A DNA stretch of 64,000 nt from an uncultured delta proteobacterium. Lineage in GTDB: Bacteria; Desulfobacterota; Binatia; UBA9968. The notes below the pieces were generated by a model, which was not told the origin of the DNA, made no database searches, and was given only the letters and a program-made list of their open reading frames with translations. Shown one piece after another: positions 48,598 to 59,137 of this stretch (the first letter of the stretch is position 1; each line of letters starts with the position of its first letter). The translations under genes and the position numbers were made by a program. The stretch is from positions 96,001-160,000 of the forward strand of contig CAVUZH010000016.1 of assembly GCA_963745835.1 (NCBI GenBank). The letters run 5' to 3'.

Positions 48598-49857
48598 TCA
48601 TGCATACAAGCCGCGCCATAGCATGGCCCGCGCAACGCGATCGATGCCGATCATCAAAGCGGCTAGCCGCATTTCGACCTCTTGTTTCTGACTCATCTGC
48701 AGGACTTCGTGAAATGCTTTGACAAGAATATCCCGCAATTTTCTGGTAATCTCATCTTCAGTCCAAAAGAAATTTTGCAAGTCCTGCACCCATTCAAAGT
48801 ACGACACAACCACACCGCCGGCATTGGCCAAGATGTCGGGGATGACAAAGATGTCCTTGTCCCGCAGTTCTGCATCGGCTTCCGGCGTTGTGGGACCATT
48901 CGCTCCCTCTGCCAGGATGCGACACTGCAAACGTTGTGCATTTTCTTTGGTGATCTGCATTTCCAATGCAGCCGGAACTAGAATGTCACATTTAAGCTCC
49001 AAGAGTTCTGCATTGGAAATTTTCTGTCCGTACGGGAAAGCTTCAAGACTATGAGTTTGAGAGGCGATCTCGAGCAGTCTGGCTATCGGCAAACCGTTCG
49101 CGTTATAAAAGCCGCCCGTCCGATCTGCCACACCGATTATCCTCACGCCGATGTCATTGAGTTCCTTTACGACGACCGAGCCGACATTACCAAATCCTTG
49201 GACTGCCGCGGTGCATTTGCTGAGATCAATTCCTAGATGGTTAGCGGCTTCGATGATCGTGTATACAACACCACGACCGGTTGCTTCTCTTCGTCCCAAG
49301 GTACCGCCGATAGCGACCGGCTTCCCGGTGACTATTTCGGGAACTGCGTGGCCTTTGTGCTGCGAGTAAGTGTCCATAATCCAGGCCATGATCTGCTCGT
49401 TGGTTCCCATATCCGGCGCCGGCACATCGATCTCGGGGCCGATGAAGTTGAGGATTTCAGCAGTGTAACGCCTGGTCATGGATTGAAGCTCATTGGGTGA
49501 CAACTCGGCCGGGTCGCAGGCGATACCGCCCTTTGCTCCTCCGAGGGGAAGGCCCATAAGGGAGCATTTCCAAGTCATCCACATCGCCAAAGCGGAGACT
49601 TCGCCCAGGCTTACACTTGGGTGGTATCGGAGTCCTCCTTTGAACGGCCCCAAAACATCGTTGTGCTGCACTCGATAGCCGGTGAAAACATTGACCCTAC
49701 CATCGTCCATTCGGGTGGGCACACTGACAACCATGGCCCGGTCCGGCCTGCGCAATCGAACAGCAAGATTGGGATCAAGTCCCAGCTTGGCAGCGGCGAC
49801 ATCGAATTGTTGCACGGCCATGTCGCTGGTTTCATTGCGCCATTCAGTAGTCGTCAT
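48598..49857 (-). CDS. gdhA: Glutamate dehydrogenase (Glu/Leu/Phe/Val family)
   Basis: GPFKGGLRY, GGAKGG, PAPDMGT, GFGNVG, EGANGP, SYFEWVQ. Confidence 0.9.
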   Translation of the reverse strand: MTTTEWRNETSDMAVQQFDVAAAKLGLDPNLAVRLRRPDRAMVVSVPTRMDDGRVNVFTGYRVQHNDVLGPFKGGLRYHPSVSLGEVSALAMWMTWKCSLMGLPLGGAKGGIACDPAELSPNELQSMTRRYTAEILNFIGPEIDVPAPDMGTNEQIMAWIMDTYSQHKGHAVPEIVTGKPVAIGGTLGRREATGRGVVYTIIEAANHLGIDLSKCTAAVQGFGNVGSVVVKELNDIGVRIIGVADRTGGFYNANGLPIARLLEIASQTHSLEAFPYGQKISNAELLELKCDILVPAALEMQITKENAQRLQCRILAEGANGPTTPEADAELRDKDIFVIPDILANAGGVVVSYFEWVQDLQNFFWTEDEITRKLRDILVKAFHEVLQMSQKQEVEMRLAALMIGIDRVARAMLWRGLYA

Positions 49858-49907
49858 ATAGTTTCGTTAGCTCCATGATATTTCTTTGTTAAAATCAGCG
49901 ACTCGCA

Positions 49908-50252
49908 CTATCCGGGAGGCCAGCCCATCTGACGGCCACCAAGCAGGTGGTAATGCAGGTGAAAAACGGTCTGACCGGCATCGGCGCCGCAATTGACGAC
50001 GATACGATAACCGCTTTTTGCGACTCCGAGCTGTTCGGCCAGCTTCCCGGCTGCGCGGAAAACTGCAGCAACTATCTTGTCGTCGTTCGGTGTTAAATCC
50101 GAAAGCATCGCGATATGCGCAGTCGGTATGATCAAAACATGAACCGGCGCTCTGGGCACGATGTCCTTGAAGGCGATCACGGTTTCATCGCGGTAGACGA
50201 CATCGGCTTTGATGCTGCCATTGACGATCCCGCAGAAGAGGCAATCACTCAT
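49908..50252 (-). CDS. Histidine triad (HIT) nucleotide-binding protein
   Basis: MSDCLFC start, GQTVFHLHYHLLGGR, WPPG end. Confidence 0.92.
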   Translation of the reverse strand: MSDCLFCGIVNGSIKADVVYRDETVIAFKDIVPRAPVHVLIIPTAHIAMLSDLTPNDDKIVAAVFRAAGKLAEQLGVAKSGYRIVVNCGADAGQTVFHLHYHLLGGRQMGWPPG

Positions 50253-50266
50253 ACTCGCGCTCCGGT

Positions 50267-50659
50267 TTATCTCGATCGAATCAAATCCCCGGCATCTGAG
50301 CATTTGGCAAAAATTTTCTCGCCTTCGATTTCCAGCGAGACACTCTGGAGCGCAAGACCGGCGCACGGGCCCCAGATACAGTCGCCGGTCTTGGGCTCGA
50401 ACACGGCGCCATGATTGGCGCACATCAGATAACGCCCATCGACCGAGAAGAACTGATTATCAACCCAATCCAATGTGATTCCGACATGAGGGCAACGGTT
50501 TCTATAAGCGAAGAATGTCCCCTCGTAATTGACGAGTAATGCTTCCAACTCGCGATCGCCGGACCGGATGGTAAATTTTTTACTGGCGCCATGAGCCAGT
50601 TCACCCACTTGGCCGACGAGTTTTCTTTTGCCGATCTTTTTTTCTTTGGCTGCAGTCAT
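50267..50659 (-). CDS. Rieske [2Fe-2S] ferredoxin
   Basis: NRCPH...CANHGA...GDCIWGPC. Confidence 0.88.
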   Translation of the reverse strand: MTAAKEKKIGKRKLVGQVGELAHGASKKFTIRSGDRELEALLVNYEGTFFAYRNRCPHVGITLDWVDNQFFSVDGRYLMCANHGAVFEPKTGDCIWGPCAGLALQSVSLEIEGEKIFAKCSDAGDLIRSR

Positions 50660-50668
50660 ACTGGCGCT

Positions 50669-51148
50669 TCACTCCTTGAGATAAGACAGGTCTCCTTCCG
50701 GGCATGCGACCAAAATTTCGCCCCGATCTACTCTGACGGGCAAGCGATAGAGCGCTTGGCCCTTGCAAGGTCCGTCAACACACAACCCGGTGGCAAATTC
50801 GTAAAGAGCGCCATGGGTATAGCACATCAAGTATTTCCCATCAGCGCTAACAAATTGGTCACGAATAAAATCCAAGGGCGTCGGCATATGGCGGCAGCGA
50901 TTCACATAAGCATGAAAGTTACCTCGTTCGTTCACTAAAAACCCGTCGACCCGATACTTTTGGCAAATGATCCAAAATTTCTTGACCGAACCGGGACTCA
51001 GGTCTTCGACCTGGCTGATAACTCTGGCGCCATCGCGGCTTTCATCGCGCATCCGCCGTTTGTCGCGCAAAAAGTTGCGTCGGTGAATGCCTAAGCTAAC
51101 TAGGTAAAGAACAAGAAAAACAATCGACAGGTAAATAGTGATTTCCAC
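50669..51148 (-). CDS. Rieske [2Fe-2S] ferredoxin, possibly with N-terminal TM helix (start uncertain)
   Basis: NRCRH...CYTHGA...GLCVDGPC. Confidence 0.85.
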   Translation of the reverse strand: MEITIYLSIVFLVLYLVSLGIHRRNFLRDKRRMRDESRDGARVISQVEDLSPGSVKKFWIICQKYRVDGFLVNERGNFHAYVNRCRHMPTPLDFIRDQFVSADGKYLMCYTHGALYEFATGLCVDGPCKGQALYRLPVRVDRGEILVACPEGDLSYLKE

Positions 51149-51166
51149 GGCAGGTAAGTGAGAGAG

Positions 51167-51490
51167 CTATTTCGAATCCTTATCGACCGAATTACGGATC
51201 CGCTTGACGTTCTCAGTTGTCTGCTGCCCTGATATTCCCATCACCTTCATCAACTCGGTTGTCATCTCGGCAGTGACCTGATCTTGTACGCTTCCTTGTC
51301 CGTCCGGGTCGGCTTTCAAGAAGGTCATGATCTTCTGCTTGGCCACTCCAGTCTGCTCGAGCCCATCGAGAAACTCGCCAAATCCGACTTTGCCACGCAA
51401 CTCATCGACTCGCCCCATGAGCTTTTGACAGTCCGGACACATACGCGACCACAAACTCGAGCGGTCGCCGCAGTAAACACATTGACGCAT
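51167..51490 (-). CDS. Hypothetical protein with N-terminal CxxC...CxxC zinc ribbon
   Basis: CVYC...CPDC; tightly packed in the operon. Confidence 0.7.
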   Translation of the reverse strand: MRQCVYCGDRSSLWSRMCPDCQKLMGRVDELRGKVGFGEFLDGLEQTGVAKQKIMTFLKADPDGQGSVQDQVTAEMTTELMKVMGISGQQTTENVKRIRNSVDKDSK

Positions 51491-51508
51491 ATCGATATCG
51501 ATCCGAAT

Positions 51509-52312
51509 TTATCCGTTGCGTGCCATAGCTTCCACCCACAAGCGCTGCAGTCCGTCGGCCAAAGATGCATTGGCGGCAACAACGCCGCGATGTTTGGCTT
51601 GCGGCCGGTTAAACATCAAACCAACGCCGGGCCCGTCAACCACTTTGCCGCCGGCCTCGAGCACAATCAACACGCCTGCGCAGATATCCCACTCGTGAAT
51701 CGAGCGAAACGTCAGCGTGCCATCGCCGTCACCCCCGGCTATTTTGGCCAATCTAAAGGCAATGCTGCCGACTTTCTGGATCTCGCAATGGTCGACGAAT
51801 ACCTGGAATTTCCGCTGCGGCTCCGAGCGGCTGACCAGCAGCAACGCGCCCTCTAGCGAACTGCGTTGAGAAACGCTAATCGGTTTATCGTTCAAGTAGG
51901 CTCCCTGGCCTGCGGTGGCCTTGTAGAGCGAATCTTCGGCCGGATTGTAAACAGCCGCGACAGTGGGCCGCCCATCAACGACGAAGCCGATCGACACTGC
52001 AAACTGGGGGACGCCTTCAATAAATTCTTTAGTCCCATCTATTGGATCAATGATCCAAATTCGGGAGGAACTCAGCCGTTTCGGGCTGTCCTGATCTTCC
52101 TCGGAAAGCCATCCGTCGTTTGCAAACCTGCCCGTGATAATTTCGCGAATTCTGCGGTTTGCTTCGATATCCGCGGTCGTGACGGGATTATTTTTACTCT
52201 TCTCACGAACATCAAATTTTCCCTTGAACAGCCGCATCACAATCGAGCCTGCTTCGCGGACCGCTTCTTCGGCAGTCGCCAACTCTTCTCTATAATCATG
52301 ATCAGCTGTCAC
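51509..52312 (-). CDS. cysQ: 3'(2'),5'-bisphosphate nucleotidase / inositol monophosphatase family
   Basis: PVTTAD, LSEE, WIIDPIDGTKEF, EWDICAG. Confidence 0.85.
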   Translation of the reverse strand: MTADHDYREELATAEEAVREAGSIVMRLFKGKFDVREKSKNNPVTTADIEANRRIREIITGRFANDGWLSEEDQDSPKRLSSSRIWIIDPIDGTKEFIEGVPQFAVSIGFVVDGRPTVAAVYNPAEDSLYKATAGQGAYLNDKPISVSQRSSLEGALLLVSRSEPQRKFQVFVDHCEIQKVGSIAFRLAKIAGGDGDGTLTFRSIHEWDICAGVLIVLEAGGKVVDGPGVGLMFNRPQAKHRGVVAANASLADGLQRLWVEAMARNG

Positions 52313-52404
52313 TAAACCACCTTGAGCCTAAATCGGTTTTCGGGACGGGACACCCTGCCAAACCGATAGGAACCGAGCATTGATTGCTCAGAGCGATAAC
52401 AATT

Positions 52405-52998
52405 TCATTCAAGACGAAAACTGTCCACAGGAGGTGCGACCGTAACCCCGGCTTTGACCATAGCGTCAATGGCTTGAGCAGAATCTTCGGGTTGGAGATT
52501 GACGCCGCAGATTGCGTCTTGGAGAAGGACAACCTGAAATCCCTGAATGAGGCCTTCGAGCACAGTTTCTTTGACACAATAATCGGTAGCCAATCCGCCG
52601 ACATAAATCCGTTCGATTCCGCGTTGCCTCAGAAGATCTTTCAACCCGGCACCGCGCGAATCCGCGGCAGCAAAAGCGGAGTAACTATCCTCGTCTGCAG
52701 CCGTCCCTTTGGATAGAACGACAGCATCGTTGCTAACCTTCAAGTCAGGATGAAACTCTGCGCCTTTTGATCCTTGGATGCAGTGAGGCGGCCATACCCC
52801 TCCTGCCGTATTGAAATGACTCGTCATTGGCGGATGCCAGTCGCGAGTAACAAAGATCGGCATGCCCGCTTGAGCGAACCTTTCAATGTAGCGGTTGAGA
52901 ACCGGCACAATACGATCGCCGTTCTGCACGCCCAGAGCGCCGCCTGGACAGAAATCATTTTGCACGTCAACGATCAACAATGCTTTGTTAATTTCCAT
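52405..52998 (-). CDS. pncA: Nicotinamidase/pyrazinamidase
   Basis: VDVQNDFCPGGAL, DWHP, WPPHC, GLATDYCV; start at MEINK. Confidence 0.92.
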   Translation of the reverse strand: MEINKALLIVDVQNDFCPGGALGVQNGDRIVPVLNRYIERFAQAGMPIFVTRDWHPPMTSHFNTAGGVWPPHCIQGSKGAEFHPDLKVSNDAVVLSKGTAADEDSYSAFAAADSRGAGLKDLLRQRGIERIYVGGLATDYCVKETVLEGLIQGFQVVLLQDAICGVNLQPEDSAQAIDAMVKAGVTVAPPVDSFRLE

Positions 52999-53068
52999 CG
53001 ATTTGTATTCATTATAGAGAATGATACGGTCGTTGCAATTGAGACTGTCGGAACAAATGGATCGCTGA

Positions 53069-53773
53069 ATGTCAATCAAAGCAGTTTTCTTCGATGCCGC
53101 GGGAACCCTCATTACGCCGGTCAGGCCCGTGGGTCAAACTTATACTTCATTTGCTAAAAACTACGGCATGGAGGTTTCTTCTTTTGAGATCTCCGAACGT
53201 TTCCGAACCTGTTTTGACGCCTCGCCCCCGCTCACGTTTGGTCCGGTCTCGCAGGGATCATTCGAACAGCTCGAGCGTGATTGGTGGAAAAAACTAGTGC
53301 AGTGCGTCTTTCAGCCCCTGGGGCGGTTCGAGCAATTTGATCAATTTTTTACCGAACTGTTTTCATATTTTGCCCGACCGGAGGCTTGGACTTTGTACCC
53401 TGATGTCGTAGAAACCTTGTCGGCCCTGCAAAAACGCGGCTTGGCGTTGGATGTCATCTCTAATTTTGATTCTCGGCTAATCGAAATACTCGCGGGACTC
53501 GGGATGGCCGGCTATTTTGAAGAGGTTTTCATTTCAAGCCGGGTCGGTCATGCAAAACCTGCGCGGCAGATCTTTGAAATGGCCTTGAAACGGCACAACC
53601 TGGCACCCGGCGAGGCCATGCACGTCGGCGATAGCGAAGAAAACGATTTGTACGGTGCCGCTAACGCCGGACTGTTGGGAGTTCTCATCGATCGAAGAGC
53701 GTATGAACGGCCGGGAAACTATCGGCAGATTAAAACTCTGAACGAAATTATCTCAATTCTCGATCAGGATTAA
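53069..53773 (+). CDS. HAD-IA family hydrolase
   Basis: FFDAAGTL, SNFD, KP, HVGDS..ND. Confidence 0.9.
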   Translation: MSIKAVFFDAAGTLITPVRPVGQTYTSFAKNYGMEVSSFEISERFRTCFDASPPLTFGPVSQGSFEQLERDWWKKLVQCVFQPLGRFEQFDQFFTELFSYFARPEAWTLYPDVVETLSALQKRGLALDVISNFDSRLIEILAGLGMAGYFEEVFISSRVGHAKPARQIFEMALKRHNLAPGEAMHVGDSEENDLYGAANAGLLGVLIDRRAYERPGNYRQIKTLNEIISILDQD

Positions 53774-53838
53774 AGGCGGTTGCACACTTGACACGCCATG
53801 GCGGCTACGGTAAACGCCTGCTAACTTTGGGAAAATGA

Positions 53839-54552
53839 ATGACACAATCTAGCTGGCAACAAACCACATCCGACAACAGCACGATGCGCATGCACTTGAG
53901 CGTGGCCGAAGGACCCGGTCCTTTTCCAGGCATGGTGGTCATCCAACACCAATGGGGCGTCGACGAGTTCATGCAGAGTATCACAGCGCGATTAGCGCAA
54001 GCCGGCTACGTCGCCGCTGCGCCGGATCTCTATCACCGCGATGGCCCTGAATGCACCGACGATGTTATTGCACGCCGCTCCCGGCTCAGTGATCGCAAAG
54101 TTATCAATGATGTCCATGCGAGCGTGAAATTCCTGCGATCTCAACCGACCGTCGATGAGAATCGATTGGGCATTATCGGCTTTTGCATGGGCGGTCGTAT
54201 CGCCTATCTCCTGGCTGCTGCCAGTTCCGACTTTAAAGCGGCCGTCGTTTTCTACGGAGGTAACACGTTTCGCGCCTGGGGCCGCGACCTTCGCTCGCCG
54301 TTTGAGCGTACTTCGGAAATTCATTGCGCGGTTCAAGGTCACTTCGGCGCCGATGATCAGAACCCGTCCCCCGACGATATGCGCAAGCTCGATCTTGAGC
54401 TTACGAAATTTGACAAGAAGCACGAGTTCTATTCATACCCGGACGCCGCCCATGCATTCATGGACCATACCCATGAGAGCTACCGCCGTCATGCAGATGA
54501 GGCTGCGTGGCCGCGAACTTTGGAGTTTTTGACAACGCATTTGTCAACTTAG
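53839..54552 (+). CDS. Dienelactone hydrolase family protein
   Basis: APDLY, GFCMGG, HAF. Confidence 0.9.
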   Translation: MTQSSWQQTTSDNSTMRMHLSVAEGPGPFPGMVVIQHQWGVDEFMQSITARLAQAGYVAAAPDLYHRDGPECTDDVIARRSRLSDRKVINDVHASVKFLRSQPTVDENRLGIIGFCMGGRIAYLLAAASSDFKAAVVFYGGNTFRAWGRDLRSPFERTSEIHCAVQGHFGADDQNPSPDDMRKLDLELTKFDKKHEFYSYPDAAHAFMDHTHESYRRHADEAAWPRTLEFLTTHLST

Positions 54553-54593
54553 CCGGTCCTGTAAAGTGAACGATAACGATCAAGGATAACAAC

Positions 54594-55289
54594 GTGCGCA
54601 ATACCAGACCGGAACGCAAAGCCGTGGCGGACGCCCTGGTTCGAGAACGCCAACGAATCTCGCGCGAGCTCCATGACCGGGCGCTGCAAATCTTATCAAG
54701 CGTCAGATTAAGAGCTGAAGTATGCCGCGACCAGCTCGTGACCGACCAAGAATCTTTACGGCGGGAGCTAAAGATCATCGAGAAAGAAATCGACACAGTC
54801 ATCCTCGAAATCCGCAACATACTCGCTGAGACCCAAGAACGAAGAGAACTCAAGGCGGGCTCGTTGGAGCGAAGACTTAAGGCGGAGCTCGATATCTTCC
54901 GCGCGCGAACCGGTTTTAACTTGGATTTTCGCTGCACGGTCCATGCGCGTGATTTGCCTCAGGAGATCGAACGAGAATTGTATTTCACGTTGAGAGAAGG
55001 AGTTCTCAACGCCGTGCGACATGCCCGTGCATCGCAACTGACATTGGCGCTCTCCAGAGACGCCACGAGCTGCAACGCCCGGTTGATCGATAATGGTGTC
55101 GGCTTCGACATATCGACAGCGGAAGGCGGCAATCATTACGGCCTAAGAAGCATGCGCGAGCGAATGAAGAGGATCGGCGGCGAGCTCACGGTAGAGTCGG
55201 CGCCGGGGACCGGCACACGGCTCTTCATCACAATACCTTTGGGCGAACCAGTGAATGCTTCGGATCGGCTAAAACACCCGTCTAATTAA
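54594..55289 (+). CDS. NarX-type (HisKA_3) histidine kinase core without sensor domain
   Basis: ERQRISRELHD, NAVRHA, DNGVGF, GLRSMRER, GTGT. Confidence 0.85.
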   Translation: MRNTRPERKAVADALVRERQRISRELHDRALQILSSVRLRAEVCRDQLVTDQESLRRELKIIEKEIDTVILEIRNILAETQERRELKAGSLERRLKAELDIFRARTGFNLDFRCTVHARDLPQEIERELYFTLREGVLNAVRHARASQLTLALSRDATSCNARLIDNGVGFDISTAEGGNHYGLRSMRERMKRIGGELTVESAPGTGTRLFITIPLGEPVNASDRLKHPSN

Positions 55290-55344
55290 CATTAACAAGC
55301 GCAAAGCTACGCAGCGGAATACTATCCCAAGCTGCGCAGACGAT

Positions 55345-55845
55345 TCATTGCGCGGCGAGATTGGCCAAACTTTCTCCCGTCAATCGGAACACGGTCCAAC
55401 CGTTCATTGGGACCGCACCGAGCTTGGTATAGAAATCTACGGCGAGTTTATTCCAATCGAGCACAGACCATTCGAGCCGCCCGCAGTTTCGCTCCATGGC
55501 TAAGCGCGCTACGTAGCGCAGTAACGCCGCGCCAAACCCCCTCCTACGGTATGGTTCATCGACGAAGAGATCCTCAATGTAGAGCCCTGACCGGCCCAAG
55601 AAAGTCGAATAGTTGTGGAAGAACAGCACCAAGCCAATCGGTTTACTCTGGAAAAAGCCGATGGCAACCTCCGCCGTTTTACCCGAGCTAAATAGGGTCT
55701 CCCTCAACGACTCCTCGGTGGCGACGACTTCGTGCGCAAGCTTTTCATAGTGGGCGAGCTTCTTGATGAAACAAAGAATCAGCGGCACGTCATCGATAGT
55801 AGCCCGGCGTATTTCAAAATCCGGCAAACTCCCCGAGAAGCTCAT
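55345..55845 (-). CDS. GNAT acetyltransferase (spermidine/spermine N-acetyltransferase-like)
   Basis: LAHYEKL, YSTFLG..GLYIEDLFV, EWSVLDWN. Confidence 0.9.
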   Translation of the reverse strand: MSFSGSLPDFEIRRATIDDVPLILCFIKKLAHYEKLAHEVVATEESLRETLFSSGKTAEVAIGFFQSKPIGLVLFFHNYSTFLGRSGLYIEDLFVDEPYRRRGFGAALLRYVARLAMERNCGRLEWSVLDWNKLAVDFYTKLGAVPMNGWTVFRLTGESLANLAAQ

Positions 55846-55903
55846 GTGTCCTCTTTGGCAGGGTCAATCACAGCGCTCCTCCTCGATGGAGCCAGCGAAG
55901 AAG

Positions 55904-58120
55904 TTACTTTTTAGCTTCTTTAAGAGCGCGCCAGACACGTTCAGGAGTCAGCGGCAGGTCTTTGATACGAACTCCTGTGGCCCGTTCCAACGCATTGCAA
56001 ACGGATGGCGCCACCGATAACAAACCGCCTTCACCCATACCACGAACTCCATAGGGACCCGGACCGTCCTCGTTTTCCACCAAGACCGTGCGGAACTCCT
56101 CAGGAGTATCGTTGAAGCTCGGCACACGGTAATCAACCAGATTCGGGTTGAGCAGGTTACCGTTGACGTCATAGACCATCTGTTCAAAGAGCGTATGGCC
56201 GATGCCCATCATAGCCGCGCCCTCTTCCTGGCCCACGCAACCCTCTGGATGGATTGCCTTGCCGACGTCCGCAACGGAAATCAAACGCTTGACGCCAATT
56301 TCACCCGTATCTTCGTCGATCTGGAGCTCGACCATGCCCATGCCGACTTCCCAGAACACCGGCATTTTGTTCTCCGTTAGTCCTGGAGTTGTCTCGCCGT
56401 GTCCGATCAACTCGCCACCGGAGCCTTTACCGAAACGGCGCTCGAGCGCTTCTTGGAACGTCAGACGCGCCTCGCCGCTAATCAGAGAGCCATCCTGAAG
56501 TTTGACTTGGTTCTGTGGCACGCGAAATGTCCCCGCAGCAATCATGACCAATTGTTTTCTCAAATCTCGAGCCGCGCCTTGCACCGCGTTACCCATACAG
56601 GTGGTCGACCGGCTGGAACCCGTTGAGCTATCGTAAGGCGTGACTTTGGTGTCCGCACCAGCCACACGAATACGATCGAGCGGAATACTCAATTCCTCGG
56701 CGGCGATCTGGGAGAGAACCGTTCGCACTCCTTGCCCCATCTCGGTGCTGCCAGCGAAAAGATTCACGACGCCGTCGGACTGCAGGCGTGCCATCGCAAC
56801 TGATACCGGGGTGGCTCCCGCATTGGTCACGGCGCAGGCTAATCCAACCGGCGAAGCCTTCTTCTTGGTCATGGATTTCCATCGGCTCGCGCCGACGAGC
56901 TTCTTAAGGCCGTAATTCAAATCGGCATCGATGCCTTTAAGACCGGGACGGAGTTCCTCACCCTTTTTCAAGAGATTTTTTTGGCGCAATTCCGCCGGAT
57001 CCATGCCTAGACGGGCCGCCGCAATGTCGATTTGTGATTCGCCTGCGAAAATAACCTGCGGCGCGCCGATCGCGCGAAACGAACCCGCGGAACCAGAGTT
57101 GGTATACACCGAATACGCATGCGTCAGAATATTAGGAATCCGATAAGGACCAATGACGCGGGTTGCCGCGCGAATCGTCACGGCCGGGCCGTTGTCGTCA
57201 TAGGCGCCGGTGTCGAGATAGATTTCAGCCTCCCGGGCAGTGATCGTGCCATCGTTCTTAAAACCGGTTTTGACCCTCACCTGCGCCGCGTGGCGGCGGA
57301 CTGTGATCATAGACTCGCCGACCGAGTTACACACTCGAACAGGCGCCTTCGCTTTGCGCGCCAAGGCAACAACCAGCGGCTCGAACTTGGTGTACGACTT
57401 GCTGCCATAGCCTCCACCCAAATATGAGATCACCATCCGCACTCTCGACGCCGGCAAACGAAATACTTTGGCGATATCTCCCCGTACCTGGAAGGGATGC
57501 TGCGCCGAAGACCACACAGTAACGCCATCTTCATTCCAATGGGCAATAACGGCGTGCGGCTCCATCGCATAATGATAAACCATCGGAAACGTAAACTGGT
57601 CTTCGAGAACCAAATGAGACTGCGCAAACGCCTCGTGCACATCGCCGCGGACCACGCTCTCGTGACTGCAGATGTTATCGCTCCGCCCTTCATGTATCAG
57701 AGCAGCGCCGGGGGCGCGCGCCCTGTCGATGCCGATGGCGGCCGGAAATTCCTCATATTGCACCTCGATTAGCGCGGCAGCCTGTTCAGCCGTGCCCTGA
57801 TCGACTGCCGCAACAGCTGCTACTGGTTCTCCAACGTAACGGACCTTATTCATCGCAATCACCGGGCGCCCGGAGTAAATGGCGTTGAGATCCGATATAT
57901 CGGCATTCGTCAGTACCGCCGCGACGCCTTCAAGCGCTTCAGCTTTGGACGCGTCGATTGAGACAATCCTCGCGTGAGGATAGGAACTGCGAACCACTTT
58001 CCCGTGCAGCATCCCGGGCACAGCCAAATCGCCGAGAAATTTCGCCTGGCCTGTAACTTTTTCAATGCCATCTACTCGCGGGACACTCTGACCGACAAAC
58101 TTGAGCGATTGTTTGACCAT
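55904..58120 (-). CDS. Xanthine dehydrogenase family molybdopterin-binding subunit
   Basis: PRVDG.EKVTG, GGGYGSK, FRAIG, EMGQG, RGMGEG; start set at MVKQS. Confidence 0.9.
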   Translation of the reverse strand: MVKQSLKFVGQSVPRVDGIEKVTGQAKFLGDLAVPGMLHGKVVRSSYPHARIVSIDASKAEALEGVAAVLTNADISDLNAIYSGRPVIAMNKVRYVGEPVAAVAAVDQGTAEQAAALIEVQYEEFPAAIGIDRARAPGAALIHEGRSDNICSHESVVRGDVHEAFAQSHLVLEDQFTFPMVYHYAMEPHAVIAHWNEDGVTVWSSAQHPFQVRGDIAKVFRLPASRVRMVISYLGGGYGSKSYTKFEPLVVALARKAKAPVRVCNSVGESMITVRRHAAQVRVKTGFKNDGTITAREAEIYLDTGAYDDNGPAVTIRAATRVIGPYRIPNILTHAYSVYTNSGSAGSFRAIGAPQVIFAGESQIDIAAARLGMDPAELRQKNLLKKGEELRPGLKGIDADLNYGLKKLVGASRWKSMTKKKASPVGLACAVTNAGATPVSVAMARLQSDGVVNLFAGSTEMGQGVRTVLSQIAAEELSIPLDRIRVAGADTKVTPYDSSTGSSRSTTCMGNAVQGAARDLRKQLVMIAAGTFRVPQNQVKLQDGSLISGEARLTFQEALERRFGKGSGGELIGHGETTPGLTENKMPVFWEVGMGMVELQIDEDTGEIGVKRLISVADVGKAIHPEGCVGQEEGAAMMGIGHTLFEQMVYDVNGNLLNPNLVDYRVPSFNDTPEEFRTVLVENEDGPGPYGVRGMGEGGLLSVAPSVCNALERATGVRIKDLPLTPERVWRALKEAKK

Positions 58121-58289
58121 TGCTCTCCATCCACAGCTAATTTTGGTTGAACCTAACAAAGCGATGTTTCCCGCGCAAGGAAAGCTGCGGCGTGTTACGT
58201 GTCAAAAACGAAAACGCGTCGATTGATGATGCGGCTCGGGATCAGCAAACATCGAATGTTAGGAATCGATTGACACATCGGCTATAACT

Positions 58290-58991
58290 TTGTTCATGCG
58301 TTTTCCTGATCGGCTTATCCGCGGCATTCTTGTTCGCCGATACAAGCGTTTTCTCGCCGATGTACGCCTGGATGACGGCCGAGTCGTCATAGCCCACTGC
58401 ACCAACACCGGCAGCATGACAGGCTGCGCCGAACCCGGTAGCACGGTGTATATTTCACCCAGCACGAAGGAAGGCCGCCGTTTGCTGTATACGTGGGAAA
58501 TCGTCAAAGTCGGAACAACTTGGGTCGGCATTAACACCCTGCATCCGAACCGCCTCGTCGCCGAATCTATAGAAAAGGGCGTCATCAGCGAACTGCGTGG
58601 ATATGCGACAATCCATCGTGAGGTAATTACGCGCCAAGGCACGCGATTAGATCTGCGGCTTGATGGCAATAATGGCTTTTGTTTCGTCGAAGTTAAAAAT
58701 GTCACACTCGTCATAGATGGTGCGGCGGCATTTCCCGATGCAGTTACCGAGCGCGGCACTAAACATTTGAAAGAATTGATCTGGCTCCGCAGAAAAGGCC
58801 ATCGGGCCGCGGTAGTTTTCGTGATCCAACGCGGCGACTGCGACTATTTTCGACCGGCCGATGAAATCGACTCGGAGTACGGTCGCTGGTTGCGCCGAGC
58901 CGTCAAAGCGGGCGTGGAAGCGTTGCCTTATCGAGCACGAGTTACGGCTAGGGAAGTGGTCCTGACCGAACGGCTTGAAGCGAGATTCTGA
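58290..58991 (+). CDS. sfsA: SfsA DNA/RNA nuclease family
   Basis: RRYKRFLADV, HCTNTGSM, EVKNVT, FPDAVTERG.KHL. Confidence 0.93.
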   Translation: MFMRFPDRLIRGILVRRYKRFLADVRLDDGRVVIAHCTNTGSMTGCAEPGSTVYISPSTKEGRRLLYTWEIVKVGTTWVGINTLHPNRLVAESIEKGVISELRGYATIHREVITRQGTRLDLRLDGNNGFCFVEVKNVTLVIDGAAAFPDAVTERGTKHLKELIWLRRKGHRAAVVFVIQRGDCDYFRPADEIDSEYGRWLRRAVKAGVEALPYRARVTAREVVLTERLEARF

Positions 58992-59137
58992 TCAGATCTC
59001 CAACTAGTACGGACGCAGCTCCAGCCCTCGTTGAGAGAGACGGTTTTGGATGACAATCAACTTTAGCCAATAAAGATGAATCGCGCCCTCAGCTCTGTTT
59101 AAACGGGATGCCCATAGCAAGGAAATAGCTCGACGCC

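Noticed and set aside
49908-53112. Extended N-termini for HIT (50423) and pncA (53112) in the ORF track
   Set aside because: They overlap neighbouring genes; family similarity begins at 50252 and 52998.
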